Positions 15,487 to 24,619 of a DNA stretch of 64,000 nt are shown in pieces (position 1 is the first letter of the stretch; each line of letters begins with the position of its first letter). The notes beneath the pieces were generated by a model. That model was given only the letters and a program-made list of their open reading frames with translations, was not told the DNA's origin and did no database searches. Made by a program: the position numbers and the translations under genes. This DNA comes from Vicinamibacterales bacterium (GTDB lineage Bacteria; Acidobacteriota; Vicinamibacteria; Vicinamibacterales; CAVVIG01): assembly GCA_965229885.1 (NCBI GenBank), contig CBDDJX010000003.1:1875060-1939059 (forward strand). The letters run 5' to 3'.

Positions 15487-16765
15487 TTAGAACACGGTCG
15501 TCGAACTCGTCACGGTCTGACCAGTCGTGGTAACCACCTCGACCGTCGCCGTCTTGGGCAACGAGGTGGTTAGGTACGAATGAGTCGTTGTGGCGGTCGA
15601 CGTCGTGAGGCTCGTACCGTCGCCGAAGGTCCAGACGTACTGCGCGACCGATGTAGTCGAGGGCGTAACCGTTGCGGTGAATATCACATCCGTGTTCGCG
15701 CCGTTTATTGTCTTGCTGCTCGTTAGCGAGACGATCGGCGCCTGCGGCTGAAGAAAGATAACCGTCGCTGCAGATACCTTACCGCCGTTGGTATCAGTCA
15801 CAGGTGCGCTCACTGTTTTCGACCCGCCGATCTAGTAAACATGCTGGACCGTACTTGTCCCGGCTGCCGCACCAAGTGACTGGACGGAATCATCATCGAA
15901 GTCCACGGTAACGTCCTGGACAGTGGCACTTCCTCCAGTGCCCGGTTGCGCATCGATAGTATAAGGTAGCCGGAAGATTGACCGTCGGATTTGACGACGC
16001 TGAAATCGATGCTGTAAGCAGGGGCTCGACAGTGACCGTAAGGTTCGCAGACGGCGCGGAAGTCGTTGTGGTCTCCTCACCCGATGTGGAGATTGCCCCG
16101 ACGCCCGCGGTCGCCGTCACTTTGGCCGTCTTGCTCGTCGTGAGCGTCGTGGTCGCGTTGCCGTTTGCGTCCGTCGTTGCGATCGATGCGCTCAGGGAAC
16201 CGCTGTCGGTCGTAAATGTCACGGGCACACCCGCGATCACTGTGCCGCTGGCGTCACTGACCGTCGCCGTAATTGCCGAATGGCCAGCGGGCAAAATTGA
16301 GGCCGGAAGCGCCGTCATCGCGATGCTCGCGACCCCCGCCGCCCCCACCGCGATCGTGATCGCGCCCGTGTCTCCCGTGTTCACGCCGCCCGAAAGGGGC
16401 GTAATCGTCGCGGTTCCAGACAGTGTCCCCGCCCTGAACATCACCATCACGCGACCGTTCTCATCGGTCTCGGCATCGACCGGCTGAATCGTGCCGAGCG
16501 ATGTCGTAAACGTCACGACCGTCCCGCTCTGCGGCGGCGTGCCGGACGGCTCGATGACTTGCGCGATCACGCTCGTGGTCCCGCCGAGCGGGAACGTCGT
16601 CGACTGCGGCGAGAGCGTGATGGTCGACCCTGCCGGGGCAAGCAACGCCACGCGATCGCACGCGATGGTCGAGACAACGAGTACCGGGAGCACACCGAGA
16701 GCGACACGTAAGAGCGGACGATTGAAACCTGTTATCATGAATACGGTAACTGTCTTAAATCGCAT
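15487..16765 (-). pseudogene. Surface/secreted Ig-like (Big-type) plus PKD-domain protein, disrupted by one frameshift and one in-frame TAG
   Basis: Three track ORFs tile one reading: 15893..16765, 15832..16080 and 15487..15813. They carry a lipoprotein-like signal (VVSTIAC), repeated Big-like modules (ATITP..., VTFTTDSGSLSASIATTDANGNATTTLT) and then PKD motifs (WTFGDG...THSY). The frame changes near 15956-15970. TAG at 15832-15834 falls inside HVY*IGGSKTVSAPVTDTNGG. Confidence 0.7.
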
Positions 16766-17423
16766 GAAGTTGCAAGATCAACGGATATCCGAACGCGCGC
16801 GTGATCGGGGCTACGCCATGGCGGCCCTGCTCGTGGCAATGGGCGTCATGGCGGTCATGATGACGGTCGCGATGCCCGTCTGGAAGCAGATGGCGCAGCG
16901 CGAAAAGGAAGAGGAGCTTATCTTCCGAGGTCAGCAATACGTCCGCGCCATCGGACGCTTCGAGCGGAAGTACGCGAACACGCCGCCACCCACGGTTGAC
17001 GTGCTGATCCAGGAGCGTTTCCTCAGGAAGAAGTACAAGGACCCCATTTCCGGCCAGGACTTCGTCCCGATCCTTGCGGCGGGGGCCGCCGCCGTGGACG
17101 CGCCGGGATCGGCCCAAGGCGGGCTCGGCGGCGCAACCCCGCCCTCACGACCTGGCCAACCGGTGTCAGGTATCACGGACGGACGCGGCGGCATCATTGG
17201 CGTGACGAGCTCCAGTAAGGCGCTATCGCTTCGTATCTACAACGGTGCCACGCATTACAACCAGTGGCGATTCGTGTACGTGCAGCCCGCGGCGACGTCA
17301 GGCGCCGGCGGACCCCTAGGCGCTCCCGTCCCCGGCGGTCGGGGCGGACCGCCGGGGACGGGAGGACCTGGCCAAGGGGGACCGGCGGGCGGTCCAAACC
17401 GGCCTGTCGCGCCGGGCCGCTAG
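16764..17423 (+). CDS. Atypical pseudopilin-like protein with a Gly/Pro-rich C-terminal tail
   Basis: ATG 16764 lies within track ORF 16491..17423. The leader MKLQDQRISERARDRG is followed by YAMAALLVAMGVMAVMM (no Glu5). It has a GspG-like core (EEELIFRGQQYVRAIGRFERKYANTPP...LRKKYKDPISGQDF) and the tail GGPLGAPVPGGRGGPPGTGGPGQGGPAGGPNRPVAPGR. Confidence 0.6.
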   Translation: MKLQDQRISERARDRGYAMAALLVAMGVMAVMMTVAMPVWKQMAQREKEEELIFRGQQYVRAIGRFERKYANTPPPTVDVLIQERFLRKKYKDPISGQDFVPILAAGAAAVDAPGSAQGGLGGATPPSRPGQPVSGITDGRGGIIGVTSSSKALSLRIYNGATHYNQWRFVYVQPAATSGAGGPLGAPVPGGRGGPPGTGGPGQGGPAGGPNRPVAPGR

Positions 17424-18559
17424 AAATCCCCCAGTGCGTCGTGAAAGGCGCGGCGAACCGTTCGCATGTCGCCCAGCGATCCACCGGCGCAAGCCCGGTT
17501 GGTCAGCAGCACGACATATCGATCCCGATCGGGGTCAACCCACAGCGACGTTCCCGTAAACCCGACGTGCCCGAAGGCGTTCGGCGACATGGTCGTGCCG
17601 CACGACGACGATGGCAGCATCGTGTCCCACCCGAGCGCGCGTGAGCTCGTGGGCACGGCGCTCTTGGTGGTGAACTGGGCGACGAGCTCCGGAGAGAACG
17701 GCGGCGGAAGTTTGCGGTCTCCACGCGCCGCGCCGAGGACCATGCGCGCGAAGGCGCCAACGGCGGCCGCGGTGCCAAATAATCCGGCGTGGCCGGCGGC
17801 GCCGCCGAGGGCGGCCGCGTAGTGGTCATGCACCTCGCCGGCGAGCGATCGGCCTCGCCGTGGATCCTCCGCGAGCGGCCGCGTTGGCGCGACGACCTTT
17901 CTCGAGTCTGCCGGCGGATCAAACGTCAGTGCCTCCAGGTTTTCGTACGTCGTGTCCGGCTTCCCTGGCCTGAGTGAAGGCGAAGGCAGCCGGACCGTGA
18001 TCTGATTGAACAGCTCGGGCAGCGAGGCGCTGCCGCGATCGGCCGCGAGAAAACCCAACAGAATGAAACCCAGATCGCTGTAGATAGATTGCGTCCGCGG
18101 CGGGTACTCCAGCCGCATCCGACAGATGTCGTGCTCGAACTCGCGGCGGCTCGTCGGCGGCGAGTCGACGAGCCGCGCCGCGAGACCTGAGGCGTGTTCG
18201 AGCAGATCGCGTACCGTCACGCCCTCGCGGTCCGCGCCGCGCCATTCGCTGAAAAATCCCGAGACCGGATCGTCCAGCCGCACGCGTCCCGTGCGCACGA
18301 GCTCCATCAGCGCAGTCGTCGTGGCGATGACTTTGGTCAGCGACGCGAGGTCAAACGGCGTGGTGAGGTTCGCCGGCGGGGCGCCGACATCAAACGTCAG
18401 CGTGCCGAGCGCATCGCGCCAGAGGGCGCCAGACGACGAGCCCACCTCGAGGCTCGCCGCAGGGAAGATCCGATCGGCAATCGCGCGAACGACGAGGTCT
18501 CGCGCCGTGACACTCGCGCCCGCCGCGCCAGCCGGGCCTGGCGCGCCGGGGACGCTCAC
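17420..18559 (-). CDS. Serine hydrolase, beta-lactamase/transpeptidase-like (class C / AmpH-like family)
   Basis: S-x-x-K motif in FDLASLTKVIATTTALMELV, plus later HASGL and GHVGFTGTSLWVDP motifs. The GTG start at 18559 overlaps the murQ TGA (GTGA). The longer track ORF start at 18715 would overlap murQ. Confidence 0.8.
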   Translation of the reverse strand: MSVPGAPGPAGAAGASVTARDLVVRAIADRIFPAASLEVGSSSGALWRDALGTLTFDVGAPPANLTTPFDLASLTKVIATTTALMELVRTGRVRLDDPVSGFFSEWRGADREGVTVRDLLEHASGLAARLVDSPPTSRREFEHDICRMRLEYPPRTQSIYSDLGFILLGFLAADRGSASLPELFNQITVRLPSPSLRPGKPDTTYENLEALTFDPPADSRKVVAPTRPLAEDPRRGRSLAGEVHDHYAAALGGAAGHAGLFGTAAAVGAFARMVLGAARGDRKLPPPFSPELVAQFTTKSAVPTSSRALGWDTMLPSSSCGTTMSPNAFGHVGFTGTSLWVDPDRDRYVVLLTNRACAGGSLGDMRTVRRAFHDALGDF

Positions 18560-19521
18560 ACCGCGCCCAGTAGTTCCTTCAGCCGCGCCTCGGCGTCCTC
18601 GCCGATGGCATCGCGGATAAAGTTGTGCGCACGGCGCAGCCGCCCCAGTGCCTGCGCGAGGGACAGGCCAGATTTCTGCATCACGATCGCCGCCTTCACG
18701 TTCCACCGCGCACACTTGAGCAGCTTGTCGGCTTCCTCGTAGCCCAATCCGGTGATGATGACAATGATGCGCCTGGCGCGATCGCGCAGCTTCTCCGATC
18801 CGGTCTGCACGTCGACCATCAGGTTGCCGTAGGTTTTGCCCGTGCGGACCATGGCGCCTGTCGTCAGCATGTTCAGGACAATCTTAGTGGCCGTACCGGC
18901 CTTGAGGCGCGTCGATCCCGCAATCACTTCAGGGCCGACGGCCGGCGCAATCGTGAGATCGACGAAGGCCTGCAGCTCGCTGCGCGGATCGCACGTCACG
19001 AAGATGATCTTCGACCCGGCGCGTCTCGCCCGGGTCAGCGCGCCGAGCACGAACTGCGTCATCCCGCTCGCCGACACGCCGATCACCACGTCGTCCTTTA
19101 CCGGCCGCAGTCGGTGGATGGCCCGCGCCCCTTCCTCGGAGTGATCCTCCACACCTTCCCTCGGCTTCACGATGGCGCCCTTACCGCCAGCCATGATCGC
19201 CTGCACGAGCTCTGGCTTCGTCCCGAAGGTCGGCGGCATCTCGGCCGATTCGAGGACGCCGAGCCGGCCGCTGGTGCCGGCCCCGACGAACACAATCCGG
19301 CCGCCTTTCTTGAGCGCCTGCGTGATGATGTCGATGCCGACGACGATGCGGTCCTTCTCGCGATGGACCGCCGCGAGCATCTTGCGATCCTCGGTCAACA
19401 TCTCTTCGACGATATTGGCGGCCGACTGCTTGTCGATCGCCAGCGTGGCCGGGTTGATGGCTTCAGTCGGAAGGGATTGCCACTTCGAACGAACAGGCAG
19501 CTGAGGGGACCTCACCAACAA
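18556..19521 (-). CDS. murQ: N-acetylmuramic acid 6-phosphate etherase
   Basis: The C-terminal roughly 320 aa of track ORF 18556..20037 carry LPTEAINPATLAIDKQSA, the SIS motif IVFVGAGTSGRLGVLESAEMPPTFG, VIGVSASG and GSTRLKAGTATKIVLNMLTT. Start candidates are TTG/TTG/GTG at 19521, 19518 and 19515. Confidence 0.9.
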   Translation of the reverse strand: MLVRSPQLPVRSKWQSLPTEAINPATLAIDKQSAANIVEEMLTEDRKMLAAVHREKDRIVVGIDIITQALKKGGRIVFVGAGTSGRLGVLESAEMPPTFGTKPELVQAIMAGGKGAIVKPREGVEDHSEEGARAIHRLRPVKDDVVIGVSASGMTQFVLGALTRARRAGSKIIFVTCDPRSELQAFVDLTIAPAVGPEVIAGSTRLKAGTATKIVLNMLTTGAMVRTGKTYGNLMVDVQTGSEKLRDRARRIIVIITGLGYEEADKLLKCARWNVKAAIVMQKSGLSLAQALGRLRRAHNFIRDAIGEDAEARLKELLGAV

Positions 19522-19572
19522 GGCGCGAATCTTACTACATAATGGCCGACGCCACGGTAATGGCCGCCGACC

Positions 19573-20448
19573 ATGATTGAAGCGTTCCTTGACCACCTGC
19601 GCGTCGAGCGGCGGCTGGCCGCCCACACGCTCGAAAGCTACGGGCGCGACCTCACGGCCCTCGCGACGTACGCGGCGGGGCTCGGCGTGACGCCCGACGC
19701 GCTCGATCGGCCGGCGCTCGAGGAATTCGTCCGCCAGCAGATGAGCCGGGGGCTGGCCCCACGGTCTGTGGCTCGGTCCGTTGCGGCGATTCGCGGATAT
19801 TACCGGTTCCTGGTCCTCGACCGCCATCTCCCCGGCAGTCCCGCGGACGGGCTCCAGCCGCCGCGCGCCTGGCCGGTGCTGCCGAAGTTCCTCTCCATCG
19901 AGGAGGTCGATGCGCTCATCGCGCAGCCGGATATCGCCACGCCGCTCGGCCTCCGCGATCGCGCCATGATCGAGCTGCTGTACGCGACGGGCATGCGGGT
20001 CTCCGAGCTGATCAGCGTGCGGACGTCTGACCTCCATCTTCGCGAGCGGTATCTGACCTGCGTCGGCAAGGGCAATAGGGAGCGGCTGGTCCCCACTGGC
20101 GATCAGGCGATCGGATGGATCGAGCGCTACCAGAAGGCGGCGCGCCCCGCGCTCCTCAAAGGCCGCGCGTCACCTCGGCTGTTCTTGAACGTTCGCGGCA
20201 AGCCGCTCGGCCGCGTGGGATTCTGGAAACTGCTGAAGCGGTACGGCCGCCGCGCCCAGTTGCCGCGCTCGCTCAGCCCGCACGTTATCCGTCATTCGTT
20301 TGCCACGCACCTCCTCGAGCGAGGCGCCGATCTGCGCGCGATTCAGATGATGCTCGGCCACGCCGATCTGTCGACCACGCAAATCTATACGCACGTGCTC
20401 GAGGCGCGCTTGCGCACCGTTTACGACCGGTTTCACCCGAGACCGTGA
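19573..20448 (+). CDS. xerD: Tyrosine site-specific recombinase XerD
   Basis: 291-aa ORF with an N-terminal SAM-like domain (FLDHLRVERRLAAHTLESYGRDL) and catalytic residues in context: RDRAMIELLYATGMRVSEL, HVIRHSFATHLLERGADLRAIQMMLGHADLSTTQIYTHV. Confidence 0.9.
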   Translation: MIEAFLDHLRVERRLAAHTLESYGRDLTALATYAAGLGVTPDALDRPALEEFVRQQMSRGLAPRSVARSVAAIRGYYRFLVLDRHLPGSPADGLQPPRAWPVLPKFLSIEEVDALIAQPDIATPLGLRDRAMIELLYATGMRVSELISVRTSDLHLRERYLTCVGKGNRERLVPTGDQAIGWIERYQKAARPALLKGRASPRLFLNVRGKPLGRVGFWKLLKRYGRRAQLPRSLSPHVIRHSFATHLLERGADLRAIQMMLGHADLSTTQIYTHVLEARLRTVYDRFHPRP

Positions 20449-20520
20449 TTCTGATAGACTGAGTCGTTTATCAGCGTGATTGAGGCTCGCTTGAAGGCGA
20501 CCTTCCATAAGGAGCGCGGC

Positions 20521-21672
20521 ATGAGCCGTAAGGGACGGCACCTCTTTACATCTGAATCGGTCACCGAAGGCCACCCCGACAAGATCGCCGATCAGATTTC
20601 GGACTCCATTCTCGACGCCATCCTCGCGCAAGACCCGGTCGGCCGTGTCGCGTGCGAGACGCTCGTCACGACCGGCATGGCGATCGTGGCCGGGGAGATC
20701 ACCACGAACGCGGTGATCGACTACCAGGAGGTCGTGCGCGCGACGATCACCGACGTCGGCTACACGCGCGGCAAGTTCGGCTTCGACGCCGAAACGTGCG
20801 CCGTGCTCTCCACCATCCATCGCCAGTCGCCCGATATCGCGATGGGCGTCGACACGGGCGGCGCCGGGGATCAGGGGCTGATGTTCGGCTTCGCGTGCGC
20901 CGAAACCGACGAGCTCATGCCGCTGCCGATCATGCTGGCGCACAAGCTGGTGAAGGGTCTGTCTTGCTTGCGGCGCGACGGCACGCTCGACTACCTGCGT
21001 CCCGACGGCAAGTCGCAGGTGACGATCGAATATGACGACACCAAGCCGGTGCGCGTCGACGCGGTCGTCGTCTCTAGCCAGCACAGCCCGCTTGTCACCA
21101 ACGAGACGATGCGCGAGGATCTGACCGAGAAAATTATCAATCGCGTCATCCCCGCGGCGATGATGGACAAAAACACGAAGATCTACGTCAACCCGACGGG
21201 CCGTTTCGTCGTGGGCGGTCCCCACGGCGATGCCGGCGTCACGGGCCGTAAGATCATCGTCGACACGTACGGCGGCGCCGCGCCCCACGGCGGCGGCGCG
21301 TTCTCGGGCAAGGATCCGACGAAGGTGGACCGCTCGGCGTGCTACATGGCGCGCTACGTCGCGAAGAACGTCGTCGCGGCCGGCATCGCCGAGCGCGCCC
21401 TGGTGCAGCTCGCCTACGCGATCGGCGTCGCCGATCCGGTTTCTGTGATGGTGTACACCGAAGGGACCGGACGTATCCCGGAGGAGAGGATCACGGAGAT
21501 GGTCCGCGCGCACTTCAAGCTGACGCCTCGCGGGATCATGGAACAGTTGAACCTGCGCCGCCCGATCTACAAGAAGACCGCCGCGTTCGGCCACTTCGGC
21601 CGCACCGAACCGGAATTCACCTGGGAGAAGACGGACAAGGCCGCAGCGCTCAAGTCGGATGCCGGGCTGTAA
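20521..21672 (+). CDS. metK: S-adenosylmethionine synthetase
   Basis: ATG 20521 is preceded by aaggag. The sequence [28 protein letters not shown]..., [12 protein letters not shown] and [16 protein letters not shown] is canonical MetK. The track ORF start at 20476 is probably too early. Confidence 0.97.
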   Translation: MSRKGRHLFTSESVTEGHPDKIADQISDSILDAILAQDPVGRVACETLVTTGMAIVAGEITTNAVIDYQEVVRATITDVGYTRGKFGFDAETCAVLSTIHRQSPDIAMGVDTGGAGDQGLMFGFACAETDELMPLPIMLAHKLVKGLSCLRRDGTLDYLRPDGKSQVTIEYDDTKPVRVDAVVVSSQHSPLVTNETMREDLTEKIINRVIPAAMMDKNTKIYVNPTGRFVVGGPHGDAGVTGRKIIVDTYGGAAPHGGGAFSGKDPTKVDRSACYMARYVAKNVVAAGIAERALVQLAYAIGVADPVSVMVYTEGTGRIPEERITEMVRAHFKLTPRGIMEQLNLRRPIYKKTAAFGHFGRTEPEFTWEKTDKAAALKSDAGL

Positions 21673-21681
21673 CGAATTGAG

Positions 21682-23404
21682 ATGAAGCGGTTTCTGCTGG
21701 CGATGGCGGCCCTTCTGGCCGCCATCGGCTTTTTTGCGGGCCTGACGCTGCCGCCACGTCGCCTGTCCCTGGCACCTTCCGCCGACGGGACGGTGTCCGG
21801 CATCCTTCACATTCATACCACGCGATCCGACGGTCGCGGCACGCCCGACGAAGTCGCCGCAGCCGCGGCACGCGCCGGCGTCGCGTTCATCGTGTTCACC
21901 GATCATGGCGACGCGACGCGGACGCCTGACGCGCCGGTGTACCGGTCGGGCGTCCTCTGTCTCGACGGCGTGGAGATCAGCACCGCCGGCGGGCACTATG
22001 TGGCGCTCGACATGCGGGCAGCGCCGTATCCGCTGGCCGGTGAAGCGCGCGACGTCGTCGAGGACGTGCGGCGGCTCGGCGGATTCGGCATCGTCGCGCA
22101 TCCGGATTCGCCCAAGCCGGAGCTGCGCTGGAGCGACTGGGACGCGCCGGTCGACGGAGTCGAGTGGATCAACCCTGATACAAGCTGGCGCGTCCATGCG
22201 GCAACCGGGTGGCGATCGCGTTTCAGGCTGCTCGAGGGACTCCTTCACTATCCCATCAGGCCGGCGGAAACGCTGGCCAGCCTGCTCACGGGCTTCGAAG
22301 GCGCGATGGCCCACTGGACCGCGCTAGCCAGTCGCCGGCCCATCGTCGGCGTGGCCGGCGGCGACGCACACGCCAACCTCGAATTCCGCAGCATGGGCCA
22401 GGGCCGCGATCGGTTCTCCATTCCGCTGCCGAACTACGAGCCGCTGTTCCGCATGCTCTCGGTGCATGTGGCCTCGGAGCGTCCTCTTTCCGGGGATGCC
22501 GAGGCTGACGCGGCGCTCCTGATGCGCGCGATTCGCGCTGGGCATCTGTATATAGCCGTCGATGGCTTCGCATCGCCGCCCGCCTTCGAGTTCACTGCGA
22601 CCAACATGCGGGGCACGGCTCATGGGGGCGACGAGCTCGGCGTCGGCGGCCCGGTGTCGCTCCACGTGCGCAGCAACGCCCCGCCAGGATTCACGACCCT
22701 CATCTGGCGCGGGCAGTGAGATATTGAAGTCGGAGCAACAGAACGAGCTCTCGATCGAAGTGGGGGGGGAGCCGGCAGTCTATCGCGCTGAGGTACGCAC
22801 GAACGGTCCCGGCCGCCCGCGGACCTGGTTGCTTAGCAACGCCGTCTATGTTGGCGTCCCCCCGCCCGTGCAGGTCCCGATACCAGTGCCGGTCACGTTC
22901 GAGACAGCGCTCTTCGATGGCCGGACCGACAGCGGATGGCATGTTGAAGCCGATCCCTCATCGATGGCCGCGGTTGATGTGGGGCCGACGCTGACCGGAT
23001 TCGCGCTGCGGTATCGGTACGCGCTGGCCGGCGGTTCGACCGCCGGAAGTCAATCGGCCGCGTTGGCGTGGGGTACGCCGATCGGCCACGCGCCGATTCA
23101 CGTGGCCGACTTCGATCGCCTGACGTTCACGGCGCGGGCCGAACGGCCCATGCGCATCTCGGTCCAGCTCCGCACGCTCGAGGCTGGCCTGGCGCTGCGG
23201 CGATGGCAACGCTCGGTATTCCTCGACACGTTCGATCGGGAACACACCGTGTATTTCAACGACCTTACGCCGAGTGCCGGGACCGATCCCAGAACACCAC
23301 TGCTGGATAAAGTGAGCCAGATTCTGTTCGTCGTCGATACGACGAACACGAAACCTGGCACCTCTGGGCGTTTCTGGATCAAGCGCGCCGTGTTTCTGAA
23401 ATAG
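21682..23404 (+). pseudogene. PHP-domain (CehA/McbA-like) metallohydrolase with a C-terminal CIA30-like/carbohydrate-binding-like domain, split by a +1 frame change
   Basis: ORF 21682..22719 has a signal anchor and a PHP motif (GILHIHTTRSDGRGTPDE...FIVFTDHGD). The protein continues seamlessly in the +1 frame (ORF 22562..23404) as ...LIWRG/SEILKSEQQNELSIEVGGEPAVYRAEVR... The junction is at about 22711-22716 (cgc ggg c agt gag). Confidence 0.6.
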
Positions 23405-23692
23405 GCTCTGGGTTCTGGCGGTGGGCTTCGGGTCGCAGGCCGAGAGCCTCCCCTCCTGCCAAGATAGCTGAGTCACTTTACCCCGGGGAGATTAGTGTTA
23501 AGGGTGGGGAGGTGTCAGGACGTTGATGAGCAAGATCCGTTCGATGTTGGCCACCCAGTCGAGTGTGTTAACCGTGTGGGCGGTTCGACGCAGTTCGCGA
23601 CGCCAGAATCCTGCTATCGCTGCTCGCGATGACGTTTCGTGGGGATCGCCGTCAACTGAGAGGCGTCGTGCGCCTTCGATGACCCGGTCTAT

Positions 23693-24417
23693 GTGCGAGG
23701 CGCCGTGGGCGTGTTCATCGGCTCGCTGCTCGTGATGACAATCGCGCGGCCGGAGCTGCGAACCGCGCTTCGTTCTCGCAGAAATCTCCACCTGCTGGCG
23801 ATCGATGACCGGTTTCATAATCATCCTGGGGCTCTCGAAGCCCATCTTCTTCCCCAGGTACTTCCTTGTCACGTTTCCCGCGTTGTTCATCGTGGCAGGG
23901 ATTCTGACCGCAGCCATGTTTCCCATACGAACAGGCTGGTTCGCCGTCGTGCCGTTGGTCTTCTTCGTCAAGGCCGCTGTGGTTCAGTTTCACACGATCG
24001 ACGCCATGCAGCGCCAGTAGTGGGACCAGAGCGTCGACTTGGTGCTCGAGTGGAACAAGCCGAGCGACCGAATCTATGTCCTTGGTGCAAAGGCGGACAA
24101 GACGTCATTCGACTACCTGAGGGAGGGGAACGTGGACGGACTGTTCTATGTCAAGAACGTCAAGTTCTACGAATACTACTTCCGACGTCGCGGAGCGCAC
24201 GAGATTGGCGAGAAGCTCGATCGAGGTCGTCGAACCGACCGTCGAGTCGGTCATGGAATTAGCCGCGAGGTTTCGCGATACCGGCACCACGGTGTACGTC
24301 CTCGCAGGGCCATCACGTTCAGTACAGCGGGAAGCCTTAGCGGCGCTGGAGCAGCTCGCGAAGAAGGTCGACATCGCCGAGCTGTACAGCGCGCTGGTCT
24401 ACACGTTGACCTTCTGA
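23693..24417 (+). pseudogene. Remnant of the C-terminal half of a GT39/ArnT-like membrane glycosyltransferase (multiple frame changes and an in-frame TAG)
   Basis: Pieces in three frames tile one protein: VGVFIGSLLVMTIARPELRTALRSRRNLHLLAI / TGFIIILGLSKPIFFPRYFLVTFPALFIVAGILTA...MQRQ*WDQSVDLVLEWNKPSDRIYVLGAKADKTSFDYL... / SIEVVEPTVESVMELAARFRDTGTTVYVLAG... The TAG is at 24018-24020. No N-terminal half is present. Confidence 0.55.
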
Positions 24418-24619
24418 TCTCGCGTTGACACGCTTGAGGCCCACGGTTGCCGAGCGAGTTCGAGATGAAGCGAGGCCTGATCTGCGCAATCATGAGCGGG
24501 GGTGACTGCGGCGATGGTATCGAGAAGCTGCGCAGCCTCGTGGATTCCGTTTAATTACATCAGCCCTGGCGTCTCAATGTCATTGACAGCTTCCGCTGGA
24601 GCCTACGGCCTGAAATCCG

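Noticed and set aside
20449-20520. Possible SAM riboswitch upstream of metK
   Set aside because: The spacer is only about 72 nt, too short for SAM-I/IV class aptamers. I could not see the conserved helices or any terminator or sequestering hairpin.
20170-22314. 714-aa minus-strand ORF
   Set aside because: It is antisense to metK and the PHP hydrolase, both strongly supported, and its translation is low-complexity.
24466-24558. Short ORF (about 30 aa, MKRGLICAIMSGGDCGDGIEKLRSLVDSV) in the gap between the GT39 remnant and lptFG
   Set aside because: It has no ribosome-binding site and no recognisable family, and it lies in a decayed region. It is not supportable as a gene from sequence alone.
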